From Amoebophrya sp. A120 (taxonomy: Eukaryota; Protista; Dinoflagellata), in NCBI GenBank assembly GCA_905178155.1, contig CAJINV010000012.1, positions 1,368,492-1,432,491 of the forward strand: a DNA stretch of 64,000 bases, read 5' to 3'. Shown here piece after piece: positions 1 through 14,300 of this stretch. Position 1 is the stretch's first letter, and each line of letters opens with the position of its first letter. Position numbers and translations under genes: made by a program. Below the pieces are notes generated by a model that searched no databases, was not told the DNA's origin, and saw only the letters and a program-made list of their open reading frames with translations.

Positions 1-18
1 AAATTATATTCACTCCAG

Positions 19-1440
19 GCACCGACGCATCGATGGCCACCCACATCCAGACCATCGGTGACAGAAATTACGTGGAGATTACCGGGGGAAGGCGGCTGAT
101 TCCGACGAAATTGGGCATAGCGCTGGTTCACGGCTATTCGCTAGTGGACAACGAGCTCTGCGTGCCTAGGCTGCGGCAAGACATGGAGGCGAGCTGCACG
201 GCGATTGCAAAAGGGGAAGCGTCGAAAAAACAGGTAGAGAACAAGGACTACTTTTCATGTTGATACGACAATTTTTTTTGTTGGTACCAAGAACAAGAAA
301 GGTTCTCCCCGTGAAGATGCAAACCTGCACGACATTCCAGAAGATAATTCGATCTAGCAGCGCAAGCTTCTGCATCAATCACAATCACACCCCACCGCAT
401 AGGTCGTGCGCCACACTTTGGAAACGTTCAAGGCGAAGTTTGATTTTTTCGAAAAGCACATTTCCTTCATGGACCAGCTGTTCCAAAAAGAATACGAGTT
501 CGTTGGCGCGGCGGGGGGTTTGCTGGGCGGCAGCAACGCAACCTCGACCATGAACAGTCTGAATAACAAGGGCAAGGGGAAAAACGACACGGGGCCCAGC
601 ATCGACGAATTGCGCGAATTGCAGAGGCTCGGTCTCGGCAAGGGCGATTTCCAGCACAAGCTGGATAAAGCGAATGGGAAAGGTAGTAGGGTTTTTTTTT
701 GTACAAAGAATAAATTCCGATATAATTCTTGCACCGCTACACTCATAGAATTACGTTTTGGTCGTGCCATTACAACACATCATTAAAACCACCCAAAAAA
801 AATCGGACCTCCCCACTCCTAGGCGGCAAAGGCAGCAAGAAGGGCAAGGGGAAGAAGGGCAAGGACCGCGACGACGAAGATGGTGGGAGGAAAGGCAAGG
901 GAAAACGCGACCGGGACGACGATTACGTGCCGCCAGACGAGCAGTGCTACATCGCGTCAAACCAGAAATTATGCATTGCAAATATGTCTGGACGTCTGGA
1001 AACCTGTGATGCGAGGAAGGGACTATTGAGCACACTGTAATGCGCTGCCAAGCATGCCAAATATTTCGGCGCTTCTGAGTTGCGTACTCCGCATGAGAAG
1101 CTGCGTTTTTGCATGACAGCCAAGAGAAGCTCTACTTTGTGGCCACGCAATACAGAGCTCGGAGTCATACCAGACTAGCACGACAAAGCTCGCAATCTCC
1201 CAGACATCCAGGGATATTTGCATTTGATAGAAATCGGACCCGGGTTTGGGGATTGTGGTTGTCTCCGCCAAGGAGAAAAAAGCGAAAGAGCTGGAAAAGA
1301 AGTTGAAGGAAATCGACCGGTTAGAGGATTCTGTTCTCGCGGAGGGGAAGGTGTTAGACGCGGCGCAAAAGAAAAAAGTCGCCATGCGGGGAGAATTGGA
1401 AGAGGAACTGCGGAAGGTGTTGGGGAAATTCAGCGGGTGA
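19..1440 (+). CDS. TOP3B: DNA topoisomerase III beta, 3' part (5' end outside window); exons 19-233, 403-682, 823-969, 1235-1440
   Basis: Spliced translation GTDASMATHIQTIGDRNYVEITGGRRLIPTKLGIALVHGY...ELCVPRLRQDME...IAKG...QVVRHTLETFKAKFDFF matches the TOP3B type IA core end (GTDAS..HI..I..RNYV..GRRL.PT.LGI.LVHGY). Two GT-AG introns and one introner are removed in frame; TGA at 1438-1440. Confidence 0.9.
234..402 (+). other. canonical GT-AG intron (TOP3B)
   Basis: CAG|GTAGAG...CGCATAG|GTC joins KKQ to VVRHTL in frame, matching the TOP3B sequence. Confidence 0.85.
683..822 (+). other. canonical GT-AG intron (TOP3B)
   Basis: AAAG|GTAGTA...CTCCTAG|GC; AT-rich interior; frame preserved. Confidence 0.75.
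970..1229. mobile_element. introner family A (TIR TAT.CA.TGCAAA.ATGTCTGGGTCTGGAA)
   Basis: TSD GAAAT/GAAAT; removal gives NQK|SDPG. Confidence 0.9.
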
Positions 1441-2318
1441 ATATAAAGGAAAGCCGCGCTCTTTTTGCCATGCCGAAGTTGACGAACGACTGTAACTACT
1501 TACGCGAAATTATCATGGGTTGTATGTTTCACCGATAAGATGAAATCAGGTTTTTTCAGTTCAATGCGACAATACTAGTAAGTAAGTACCAGCATCCTCG
1601 AGAGCGGTTCTTACTCAGGGAAAGACGTTGGAAAAATGAAATCACGGCAGAGGAGTGATTCTCTTACTTTCATCAGAGGCAAGTGCTTCTAGAGACGCTT
1701 GCAATTTTCGACTTTCAGCTTTTAGCTATCTTTACTATGTTTGAACAATTATCGCGAAAGGAAGCTGCCACAGTGTGGGCTTTTCATCAACATTTTAACA
1801 TCATCATGCGAGAAAATGTACACGGATTCGAAACCGAATCAGATTTTCTAGAAAATTTCGAAGAAACGCAATAAACGACGGTAATACCGGCGGACCGCAC
1901 ATCATAACTGCCTGGCCCTGGCCGGCTGCATCAGCAAAGAAATCCGGTGCTTTCTTCTGGAGCAGTAGCTAGACCTTTGTTTGTTTGAAAGTCAATGGCT
2001 GTCAAAGTCGTAGGTATTTTACCTGCTGGAGCTAACCTCAGATCATGGATCAAATCAGGTTATCGACGACGTGACACGATCTTCACATGTAACGTCATTT
2101 GAAGAGGTTTTTTTTTTCCGTATTTACGGCCATCTTTTCACTCGGTTTCATCGTGTTGGTAATTCGGTTTCCGTTTTATATATGAATAACCGTTTAGACT
2201 AAAAACGGGAACAGGCGGCTACGCGTTTTTTTATATCCCTAGTAATAATACAGTTGATTCCCCCGCCTTCCCCAGCCGACCACCATGTTGTGAATTTCAT
2301 CTTGAAACAAGATGAACC

Positions 2319-5300
2319 ATGCCCGCGCGCGGTAAGAAATACCCATCTAAGAACAAAGACCAAGATGATTCCTCAAATAAACTATCACCGAAAATAAAAG
2401 CGGCCTCAGATGTCGGTTCGCACAAGAGTTCTTCGGGAACAGCATTCTGCCACCAGCGCCAAGGAGCCGCTGCAACATCTGCAATCGAAGTTGATAACTG
2501 CTGTAGCAGCAGCGGAGGTACTGGCGGCGGAAAACAAGTCGCTGCGCGTGATAGTTCATCGTCGGGCAGAGGTACGAGAGAGAAGCAGCAAGTCTCGACA
2601 GCGACGCTGCTCCCCGATAGTCGACTTGGGGCTGTACTATCGGCGAAGAACGAAGCTATCACGAACGGAGGCGCGAAAAATGCGGTCCCGAAAGAATCTA
2701 CCTCATTGCGAAAGACGACCGCTATCGGCGCCACTGCGGAACTACAAGGGCAGCTCCAGCCGCAACGAGGGCAAACCAATATTGGAAATTGCAAAAAATC
2801 TGGAGCTACTAACACGGAAGAATGCCACAGGCACGCGCGCGATTCAAAGAACAAAAAGAGCAGCAAGAACTACTGCAAACAGAGTACTGCTACGAACAAA
2901 CACGGCTCGTCGACAACGAGGCACCTCAACTGTAGGAACAGCAGACACGACCGATATAAAAATCAAGCAACTTGCAGTGTCATCGGAAAGCTAGGCCGAT
3001 GCATGCAGGACTGGCGCGGTCTGCTGGTCTGCTTTTACATGGTCGTGATGATGCATTTAAAATCGATGGTGGTACTGCACCGAGCGGTGGTCTCGGCGAG
3101 TGCTACGAGTGTACCACTTTCATCCGCAACTGTAGTGCAGCACTCTTCTGGCTTGGAAAACGTGGCGTTTTTGCAGGGCCCGTCGTGGAGACTTGACGTG
3201 GATTTGGTGGAGAACAAGGGCCGAAACTACGGAATAAAGAACCACCCGCAGGATGACCACCACCTCCATGATGGTGCTCAACATAATTCAGGAATAAACA
3301 TAAAAGACGTGACCAGAGTGGATGAGGAGATGCTAATCGACGCAAACTTGGAGACCACCCTATTACAGTAAAAAATACCTCCACCCCGAAAGTTGCAATG
3401 ATTTGTGATGCGAAGTTTCCAAATGAAAATTTTTTGTGTTGCATGAAAGCACTATGAATCTTTCTGATGAAGAGTCTGGTAGTATACAGCGTTGCTAGTA
3501 CTATGACAAGCGCCACTCTTGCTGGGATCTTTTGCAATGCAAACTTTTGCTATTCACGACTGGAGATCTGTGATGCTGATACATGCAAGAGGGCGAGCGT
3601 TTCCATTGGAAAGGTTTGCAATGCAAATGTTCTTAAGTTCCGGGGTGGGGGCGTTTTTCATTGTAATACATCTGGCGAAAGCTGACTTTCGAGCCCGAGC
3701 TGGTCATCGGGCTGACCTCCGTTTTCCGGGTTTCCGGCGGTGGGGACTACCTTTTTTTGACCGTTTCGCGCATCTTCACCGACGCCTTTAACCCGGCGAG
3801 AACGGTCTTAGTCGTCGCCCTAACGGACGTGGAAAACGTCTCGTGGGTGATCGAGACCCGTATGCTAATGAAGAAAGCTAGCGTGGTAGATTTGTAATGC
3901 GAAAACTACAACTACAGGTCGTGCACAGAATTGTCATTGTCATGCTATCCGTTTGAGGACATGCGAATGGCAAAGAATTTATTCTAAACAGCTTTTTTTC
4001 TCTGTGATAACCCGGCTCCGTCTGATCCGCGCGTTTCCGCAGTACTACAAGAACGGGAATTTGCACATTGTCGTCCCTCCACGGGTATCCAGTGCAAAAG
4101 TTCAAATATCGTACTAAGTAGTAGAATCCCCATGACAAATTGTCTCAGCACGACGAAATATTATGGGCATTTGTCATGCGGATTTACTTTAATAAAGGAG
4201 ATTTGTGATGCGTACTTGCAATATAGTACGAAGTTGATACTGTTTTGCAATGCATAGCGCCGGTTCTACCCGCACCCCTGGTTCTTCATCAAGCACAAAT
4301 ACAAGGACGACGACAAGCGGGCGAAGTGGCGGACAATATGCATCGCAAATATGTCTGAGTCTGGAAAAAGTCAGACACTTGTCATGCAGCTTCTGCATCT
4401 TCACAGAGGTCTGTAATGCACGCAGAGCATGACAAATTCTTGGGAGGCTTATTCATGCCGAGCCCGCATGAGAAATACCCTCTCCCGAAGACATAAAGTG
4501 GGCATCTCTTGCTGACCACGCAACACAGATTTTTGCCTGTTCCAAAATCCGCATCACAAGTTTGCATCCTTCCAGACCCAGACATATTTGCATTTGATAG
4601 ACAAAGCAGAACTATGACGTTTCGTTTCTGCTGCTTTACTGCAGTTACGCGCCCGAGTCCGCGAAGTGGTTTCTGATGCTCGAAGACGACATTGCGACCA
4701 AGCCGAAGTTTGACGAGAAGGTGTTGAAATACCTGAGTAACCGGCGAACGGACTTTATCCACGCGCAATTCACCTATTTAGGCTTGATTGGGAAGCTGTA
4801 CCCGATGGAGACGATCCTGCTTTTCTCGAAATATTTGTTCCATTTCGCCGAGGAGCAGCCGGTCGATTGGCTCATCTGGATTTTCTTCGAAATGGTCACG
4901 CAGTACCCCGTGACGCCCCGGATTGTGCAGGAGAGCTACGAGGAACTCAGAAGCGACTTTGCCACCGTGCAGTCCATGCCACGACACACAATGCTCGGCC
5001 AGAGAATCGCGTTCGTGCCGAAGTGCAACGTCAACTACTCGGTGGTGCAAAATTTACCCCACCTAACCGCGAAGGAAGTGGATCTGCAGGGCATGGAAAG
5101 CGGGTTCCAGTCCACGTATGGGAGCGCGATGAGTACTTTTAGGTTTATCATTTGGCCGCTTGGTGTTGACATGATATACGTCCACGCAGAATGATTTTCA
5201 CGACAAACATCAACATTGTTTTTGCATAAAATCCAATATGATCAATTCAAAACAATCCTCCCCGCAGCTGACCTCTCCGTGAAATTCCCCGAGGCTGCAA

Positions 5301-8300
5301 AAGCCGTCGACCCCTCTATCCTCGACGACGCCCCCTATCTCGAGCCGCGCTGCATTCGTCACACGTACTCAATCAAGTTTGAAGCGGGGTGCAACACGGG
5401 GAAAGATGCGAAGTGCTCCCACTTGCGCTTCAAGCTCGGCGACGGGACCGGGCCAAATCAGGCACGGGAAAGTGTGACGGGGATCACGACGATTTTTTCC
5501 AATCCCCCGAATGTCCACGTGAAAATCTACGGAACGGTCAACCCCAACGACTGCAACAATTCCGGGGCGGGCACCGGGAGCCTGCCGAAGCAACTGCTGT
5601 TATCAATTGCAAATATGTCCTCTGGGTCTGGGAGATTGCGATATTTTTCATGCTAGTCTGGGATGACTCTGAAATCTGTATTGCGTGGCCGCGAAGAGCC
5701 CCTCTCGCCTGTCATGCAAAAATGCAGCTTCTCATGCGGAGTACGCAACTCAGAAGCACGGAAAAACTTGCCTTGCTGTGCAGCGCATCATAGATTGCTC
5801 ACTCTTCCCTTCTTTGCATCACAAGTTTCCAGACCCAGACATATTTGCATTTGATAGCTGTTTCAGCATCACAAAAACTGGAAAGCGCGGAGCTGGACCG
5901 GGTACGTGGAGTTGAACTGTTTGGTGCTAGTCTGGACGGTATGCATTGCAAATATGCCTGGGTCAGGAGGGAAGCAACTTGTGATGCTGGATGTGGATTC
6001 TACAATAAATTTGTACTGCATGATGTTGAACAGCATCAAAAGAGGTGTCCAGTTTTTGCCGTGGCGAGAGGGCATGATTTCTGATGCGGTATAGGCATCA
6101 GGCAGCCCTCATAAAATCTGTGATGCTAGAGCATGCGTCACAGATCGATCAGGAGTCATGCAAAATGTGCATGAGAAACCTTGCATCCTTCCAGACCTAG
6201 ACATATGTGCACTTGATAGACGGGCTTACAATCAGCGCCGTTCAAACTGAAGGTGATGCTGTATCGGTCCAAGCACGTGCCGGCGTATTCTGGGAACAGT
6301 CCCCAAGTGTCGTATTGAAAGGAAAAATCCCCCCTCCCCATAACGAAATTTCTGATGCTGGATTTGTGTACACAAATTCGAGCTGTCTTGCTGGAAAGCA
6401 CTACAGGCCCATACTAAGTGCGAGCAGAGGGGTTTCGGCCTAAGCGCGTAGCATGAAAAACGTCCGCGCTGTAGGCCCAGCAGCATGACAAATTGCCTGC
6501 AAAATGCGGCGGAGCCTTCGGGGTTGCCTTCTTGCAAGACAGACGTGATTTGTGGCCACAAATCAGCATCACAAGAAATTAGCTCCATCAAAAATATACA
6601 TTTTCAGTATGGGGAGGGGGGATTTTTCCTTTTGATATGTCGCAGAAGGTGAACTACGAGCTGCACAAACTGAAGGAAACCGGGTTGGTTGCCGCCTACC
6701 CGTATCAAGTGCAAAAATGTCTGGGTCTGGAAGAATGCCAGACTTGTCATGCAGATTTTATATGACTCATGAGGTCTGGTATGTAGGACAGAGCATGACA
6801 GATTCTGTGAGAGTTCTGTCATGCCTATCCTGCATGAGAAACTGCCTCTCGATTAGGTCAAAAGTGGACAGCTTTTGGTAATCATGCAACACAGATTTTT
6901 GCATGCTTCAGATTTAGCATGACAAGTTGCATTCTTCCAGACCCAGACATTTTTACATTTGATAACCCGGAAAAGCGCGTGCTGTACAGCACGACACAGG
7001 CGCGGCAGTTTTTCCGGGCGCAGAATCAGTACTACTTAAACCAAATGCTGGCGGGGAGTGGGGGGAAAATGCCAGTGGTGTATGGAGGAGAGGGGGCGGG
7101 TGAGAAAGATAAAACTGGCTCTACTTGGGTCCGCGTGCAGCCGAAGGAAGTCGTGTCTAGAAGTATTGAGAGGAAAAATCCGCCCTCCCCATATTGAAAA
7201 GATATGTTTCCGAACATTTGTGTTGCTGATTTGTGACCACAAATCAGGTTTGTCTTGCAAGAAGACAAGTGCAGAGGCATCCGCCCAATTGTGAAGCGAT
7301 TTGGCATGCTGTTGGTTCTAGAGGGTAGCGGTTTGCAATGCTGAACAACTAGACCTGAGCGCTCCCACCGAGGCTGCGGATCTGGCAGGAGTGCCGTACT
7401 GCAAGACAAGTCGGATTTGTGTACACAAATCAGCATCAGAAGTTTCCATTTTGATATGGGGAGGGGGGATTTTTCATTGTGATAAGAATTAGTTCCTCTA
7501 CTTCGCAAACAGTCGTGGATCAAGGCACCAATGCGGAACTGAATACAGCATCTGGACCAGGAGATGTTGAACAAAGTAGAACGAGTCATACTGATGTATC
7601 ACAGGCTTCAACAACAACAACCGTTAAAACTTCTTCATCCAAAACTGCGATCAACTCCGCCTCCCGCAGAGAGCGCAACAAACACCAGTACGCCGAAGCC
7701 AGTTCGCACATCAAGTGGTATGATAATGCGCACCAGCACCAGCACCCGGGGTCGCATTCTGCGGTAGGAGGGCAGCAGCAGAAGGGTACTACTGAAGACT
7801 ACGACGCCAGTGGGGCGTTGCAGGTTGTACTAGCAAACCAAAAATCAGTGTCAGGCACTTCGGACGTCGCTGCTAGTAGTTCTTCCAGTGGGCGTGCAGG
7901 TGCAGATACCAACTCCGGTACTTCTCCCGGTTCGGGCTTCACGGCCAGCCACGTTGTCACTTTGGGCCTTTCCGGGGAGCAGCTGTCTACCGCCAGTCTC
8001 GCGATGACGAAAGAGAGTTCATCTTCTTCGCCCGTAGACGACGCTGCAGAGAAACTGGTGGAGTACTACCTGATTGCCTACTATGGATGTGTCACGATTG
8101 AAATCGACAGAGTTCAAATAATTTGTCATGCATAAAATGCAAGGCATGAAATGCCTGTCTTGCCGGGATGGCAAGTGAGGCAGATTGTGAGCCTATTTAG
8201 GGTTAGGGATAGAGCTGCTGAAGGAGCATGACAAAAGCGGTCTTCTGTGCCCAAACAGCATCACAAATTGGATTTTGGCTCTACCCGAATTTATCATGTG

Positions 8301-11300
8301 CCGCTTGAAAATTGGGCTTCCAACTGGTATCCATTTTATGCATGACAAATCATTTCAACTTTGTCGATTTCAAACCTGACGCTTCCATACCTACACCTAC
8401 TTCTGCCTGGAGGTGATCGCGGGCGTGGGGCTTTTGCTGCTTTTGTACAAGTATCAATTGCAAATATGTCTGGTCTGTAAAGGTGCAACGTTTGTCATGC
8501 ATCTCGTGGAACACAAAGTTGGTCTGTGATGCGCCTACATGCATCACAGATTGTGCAAGAAGTCCTTCACGCGTATATCGCATGAGAAATTCGTCCTCTT
8601 TGTGGCTAGAAGTTGGTAGGAACTTTTGCCGTCCATGCACCTACACAGATACTTGTCTACTCCAGACGTAGCATCACAAGTTCCAATATTCCAGATCCAG
8701 GCATATTTGCAGTGCATAGCAAGTTCCTTGGGCAGGCGTTCTTCATCCACCGGGTGTTGCCGAAAGTAGTGTCCGGGGGCGAGGTATCCACTGCAAATAT
8801 GTCTGGGTCGGGAAAAGTCGGGGTTTGTCATGCACATTTGGCATGACCCGTGCGGTCAGTGATGCAGGTCCTAGCATCACTTATTTTTGGATAGCTTCTT
8901 GATGCTTATCACGCATGAGAAATGCCCTCTCCGTGCGCTAAGAACTGGACTCCTTTTGCTGCTCATGCAACACAGATATTTTTAGGATCCGCAGACAGCA
9001 TTACTCCAGACCGAGACATATTTGCAGTGAATACGAGGGGGCTGTTTTTCTCCATACAGGAAGGGAAGATGATGGTGTTCGTAGCGGTGAGGAGGAGATG
9101 GCGCCGATGGTCGAAGAAGAAACAGCTGCTGTTGGGAAGATTTCTAGCAAGAGAAATTCTTCTGTCCGTGACAGCACAACAAATCACGATCAGGAACTGG
9201 AACTAGTCGAAGAGCCAGTGTTGGAAGTTTTAGACGAAATCACCGGCGAGCCGCGGATCGTGCATTCCTCCGCGGCGAGTAGATTATCTTCGAGCATGAC
9301 CAGAAGGACGTCGTCAATCAATGAACTGGCAGGAACTCCACAGGAAACAACTACGGGCAGAGGTACTACTGAAGATTCTTCGCCTCTCGCCGGTGCAACT
9401 AGACATTCATCATCTCCCAGCCGAACGCCAAGCCAAGGACGAGATCGTCGTAGTAACAGTTCTACTCCCTCCTTCCAGCAACTCCAGCAGGCGGAGCTGA
9501 ATTCCACAAAACAGCTGGTCAAGCACTTTCTGTACCTGCTGATTTTCCAGGTGTTTCTGTTCGCCACCGAGACCGGGATCTTGGACATGTGGCTGATTCT
9601 CCACCTAGATCCCCAGTTTTCCGTCGCTTTGTTGCCGATGCTGAAGGAATTAGAGTCGAAAGAGAAGGAGTTAGCGACTTCGGTCATGGACGACTTGCGA
9701 AACAAAAAGTTCGACTACGGGAGCGGCGCGGGGTTGGCGACAGCCGCTGTATTAAACGCCCATCTTGCAGCGCCGGCTGCGACTGGTGCTCAAGGGAACA
9801 AATTAGCAGGAACTACTAGTTCTGCTTCTGGTAGTTCTACTATTAAAAGCGCGGAAGAAGAACTACCCAGTGGGGCAGGGGAGATGTTGGCAGAGAAAAA
9901 GTCAGAAGACGCAAACGGGGGGCACACTGGAGCTGGTACGAACCAAACTGCAGCGCACAGTACGGCCTCGGTAAGTGGTGCCTCTGTATCAACAAAAAAG
10001 CCCAGTAACAGAAACATCGTGAGCACTTTGACGGGCGACGACTGGATTAAGCTTCATTTCCTCCGAGCCATGTCCCGCCACTCCGGCTGGATGCCGCAGA
10101 CAGAGTCTTCGGACTTGACCGCAATAAGGCAAATCGTCGAGGATTTGCGGACAAAGGAGGAGGACGACGGTGGAGAAGACGACGACACAAGCATAATTAC
10201 CCCAGCGGATTTTGAAATATCAAAAAAGAGCTATAGGAAAAAAAAGCACGACTCTTCTTCTTCGTCAAGCAAAAGAACTTCCAAAAGCGGCCTCCACACG
10301 ATGAACAAACAGCGGCCGAAAGACCGCACCTCGTTTTCGGATCTTTACGAGTTCATCCCGTACTATGGAACTGTCAGGATCAAAATCGTCAAAGTTGAAA
10401 TGATTTGTCATGCAGAAAATCGATACCAGTTGGAGCCTCAGTTTGTAAGTGGCGCATGACAAATTTCGCGAGCACCCAAATCCAGTCTCTCATGCTGTTT
10501 GGGCAAAGAAGACTGCGCCTGTTATGCTACTCTGGCAGCGCATTGCATACCCCTAAACAGGCCCACAATCGGTCTCATTTGCCTGCTCCGCAATACAGGC
10601 CTCCAGCGCCCTACATTTTACGCATCACAAATTTTTCGACTTTGATTCTGACACATCCATACGTACAAGAGGCCGAGAGTGAACCTCTGCGTCGCACTGA
10701 ACGGCTTCGACTTGCCACAATATGACTTGCCCAAGCGTTACAATCTCAAGCGGTACAATAGAATCTGGAATTTGTGTTGCATGATGAGCATGACAGACTC
10801 GCACAGCGTTCCACCTTTTGCAATACAAATTTCGCCAGATCCTCGTGGGGTTTGGGGCTCCGGAACTTGTCATGCGCAATCCTATGAGACTTGGCTAGAT
10901 CATGCACTCTTGCATCACAGATTTCCATATTCTATTGTAACGCTTGAGATTGTAACACCTGAGCGGGTTATACACAATTCCTCGCTTTTCTGCAGGAGGC
11001 GGAGCATTTTTTCCCGCTGCACAACGATCTGGCGGTATCATTTGTAAAAACGCTCCCACCGCCCCAGAGTTGTAATGCAAATCTGCATGCTGAGCATGTT
11101 TTTCATGCGGAGACCCATGAGAAGCAGTTTCTAGTCGCGTTTTGGGATTTGTGATGCTAGAAGAAGCATGACATGCTAGATCTGTGATGCTGCTGAGCAA
11201 GCTAAACAGGATTACACTACGAGAGGCCAAACTTGTCATGCGCAACAGCAAAAGCTGACAGATTTGTCTAGCAGATTTCCCAGCTTGACTCTGGTGTGGG

Positions 11301-14300
11301 GACGTTTTTACTCAGGATAGGCGGTCGTGATTGAAGTGGATTTGACGAAGGTTCTGGAACACCTGCTGGTGAAAGTCGTGTCTGAAAACCAGGCCGGTGA
11401 AGATCACGTGCCACCTAGACGGTCATTACAAGAACAGCCAGGAGGGGTCGTCGACGTCCAAACGGCAGAGCAAGCACAAACGGTCGTTACACACACCATA
11501 GCGCCCGCCGGTGGTCTTGCGGCAGGAGCAGCAACAGCAGTCGCAGCGGCATTACCCGCTTCGGCAGGTAGTAGTACTTTCGTCGAAAAAGGTAGTAGTA
11601 CCGCAGTACAGCATGCAGCAGCCGGTTCTCAGCTTGGTTCGAAAGCGTCCCCGGCCGACAAGGTTCTCGCAAGTGAAGCGGAAGAGGAGGAAGTTAGGAA
11701 AGTCGGCGCCGCGGCGGAACAAGAACATGGACAACCGACTACTGTAGCAGCAGCAACAGCTGCAACGACGGTAACGCCATCTACTGCTACTGCTGTGCCC
11801 GTACCACCACCAGCAGTTCCTGTAGTTTCACCTCCTGTGAGGAGCAAGAGGAAGAAAACGTTGGTGGATGCTTTTTTGCAAGAAACCAGCAATAACGTCG
11901 CAGAAGAGGACCACGCAGGTCCAGCTGGAGCTGCACTGTCGCAGGACAATAAATTCACCGTCTTGTTCAACGACCAGAAGCTGCAAGTGATGAAGAAAGC
12001 CATCCGGGAGGCGGGCTGTAAAATCATTCTCTTATGCATTGCAAATATGTGCGGGTCTGGATGAAGGATGTGGACTTGTCATGCGCGTTTCGCATGAGCC
12101 ATGATGTCTGTGATGTACGCCCTAGCATCACAGATTTTTTGAGGCCGTCTTGATGCCTATCCCGCATTACAAATGCCCTCTTCGCGTAGCAAGAGTTGGA
12201 CTTCTTTTGCTGCTGATGCAATACAGATTTTTTTAGAATCTGAACACAGCATCACAAGTTGCACTCTTCCAGACCCAGACATATTTGCATTTGATATCTC
12301 TCCAAGTCCGACAACCTGAGCGGATGCTATCCTGAGCAAAAACGTCCCCACCCCATAGTCAAGATGGGAAATCTGCTAGACAAGTCCCCAAGTTTTGGCT
12401 GTTTTGCATGACAGGTTTGCCTCTGCAGTGTAGTGCTGGTTAGCAAGGGAAGCCGCATTAGAAAGCCACTTTCTAATCCTGCTTACAGCATTACAAATTC
12501 CAAAACACGATTGCAAATGCTTCTCATGGAGCTGCGCATTACAAACGTTCCTGTCATTGCGCATTTGCATTAGAACTCTGGGATGGGGACGTTTTTACAC
12601 AGGATAGCTGTCACGTCTTCTTCATCGACCCAACGGAATACCAGGCGTTTTCCCGGGGCATTCGGGAGCGGAAAACGAACGGAGCTCGGGGGAGTGGTGT
12701 TCTCGGGGTGCACAGAGACCTGGTCGCGTTCTTCTTCAGATCACTGTACTTATTGCATTTCAATTTTTTCCTTGAGTTACTACTAGGTAGTGTTAAAAAG
12801 CAATGTGCAAGTAGTGCATACCGTACAGCAAGGTACTACTTACAACAAAGACAATAAACCCGGCTGTTGAATAAAACCAGGTTTCATATCCCCACCCCGG
12901 CACAACAACAACAAGACGCGACGTCACAGAACCAGTTCCGTTCCGCCCGATACAATGGTAGTAAAGTGCACCAACATAATTCTGACCCCCTACCCGAAGT
13001 TTTCCCGAATCGGAACACCGACGTAACGCTTCTGTACGAAGCGGTGAAAGAGTGGAATCCGCAGTTTTACGTGGAGCTCACGCCGCGGATTTTTTTCCGG
13101 CATTTGCTGTTCAACGCGAAAGACCACGACCAGAAAAACACGTTTTGGGAACAGGTGATCAAAACTCACGTTTTATCCAATTCCGCGAACAACCAGCACC
13201 ACTTCATGACGAGCGTCGACGGCAAAGAACAGTTCCGGTTCCAACTGGCGAGTTTTGTGAATTTCAACCCGGACACGCCGAAGAATCTGGCGGGAAAATT
13301 ACTGATCAACACGACGGGGACGAGATTAGTCCGGCTTTTGTGGTTGTTGACGAACAATTTCTTTTACCAAAAACCCTGGCACTTGAAGCAGTTTTTGAAG
13401 AGCAAGAACGCAGCGGAGGACTTGGGGCTGGTGTCGAGCTTTGAGAAAAACATGGAAGAGAAAAACGTGTTGCACTTGACCAGCAACTATCAAGTGCAAA
13501 AATGTCTGGGTCTGGAAACTTGTAATGCTAAAAATGAATGATAGACGCACTGCAGTACGCAGCTATGCATGGCAAATTTTTTGGCTGCCATGTCTTACGT
13601 ATTCCGCATGGCAAACTGCGTTTTTGCATGACAGGTAAGAGGGCTTTTTCGTGCCTATGCAACACAGATTCTCGAGTCATGCCAGACAAGCATGACAAAC
13701 TTGCATTCTTCCAGACCCAGACACTTTCACATTTGATAGCAACTACAAAAACTTTTACACGGGGCTGCCGCAGAAGGAATATGCGGTCTATCTGTGGACG
13801 GAATCTATGCTGGATCGCGGAAAGCCTTCCCCGCCCAACGCGATCGGAATCTCCGAGCAGTGGAAAACGAACCCACTGGTCGTATGCAAGAAAAAAACTG
13901 TGTAAGTGTAAATCTGTGATGCAGAAAATGCAAAACAGTTACACTTGTCATGCCCAACATGCCTGATCGGCTCCCTTCCCAGGTGTTTTCCCTTCCTATC
14001 TGCGCATAACAAGTTTGTCCTGTGGTCGTGGCAGACAAACTTGTGATGCAGTTTTCCCAAAAGACTTACACTAACACAGTTTTTTTCTTGGATAGGTCGC
14101 GAGCTTCCAGGACGACAACCCGACCGAGACTTTGCTCGAGCACGTGGGGCACTTTTCGAGTTTGGAGAAGAAAATCCAACTCCTGCACGATACCCGGGCG
14201 GGGCTGGCAGCGTGGAACAAAGAACATTTTGACAGTTCTATCCCGAGTAAAAACGTCCCTGCCTTCCCAGAGTTGTCATGCAAATCTGCATGCCAAAAAA

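Larger units (their letters stand above)
3674..5100 (+). other. GT54 (MGAT4 / GnT-IV-like) catalytic domain, split by 3 introners
   Basis: WRTKQNYD is rebuilt across the 4337-4599 element; LEDD and LGLIGK are the known MGAT4 family motifs. Confidence 0.85.
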
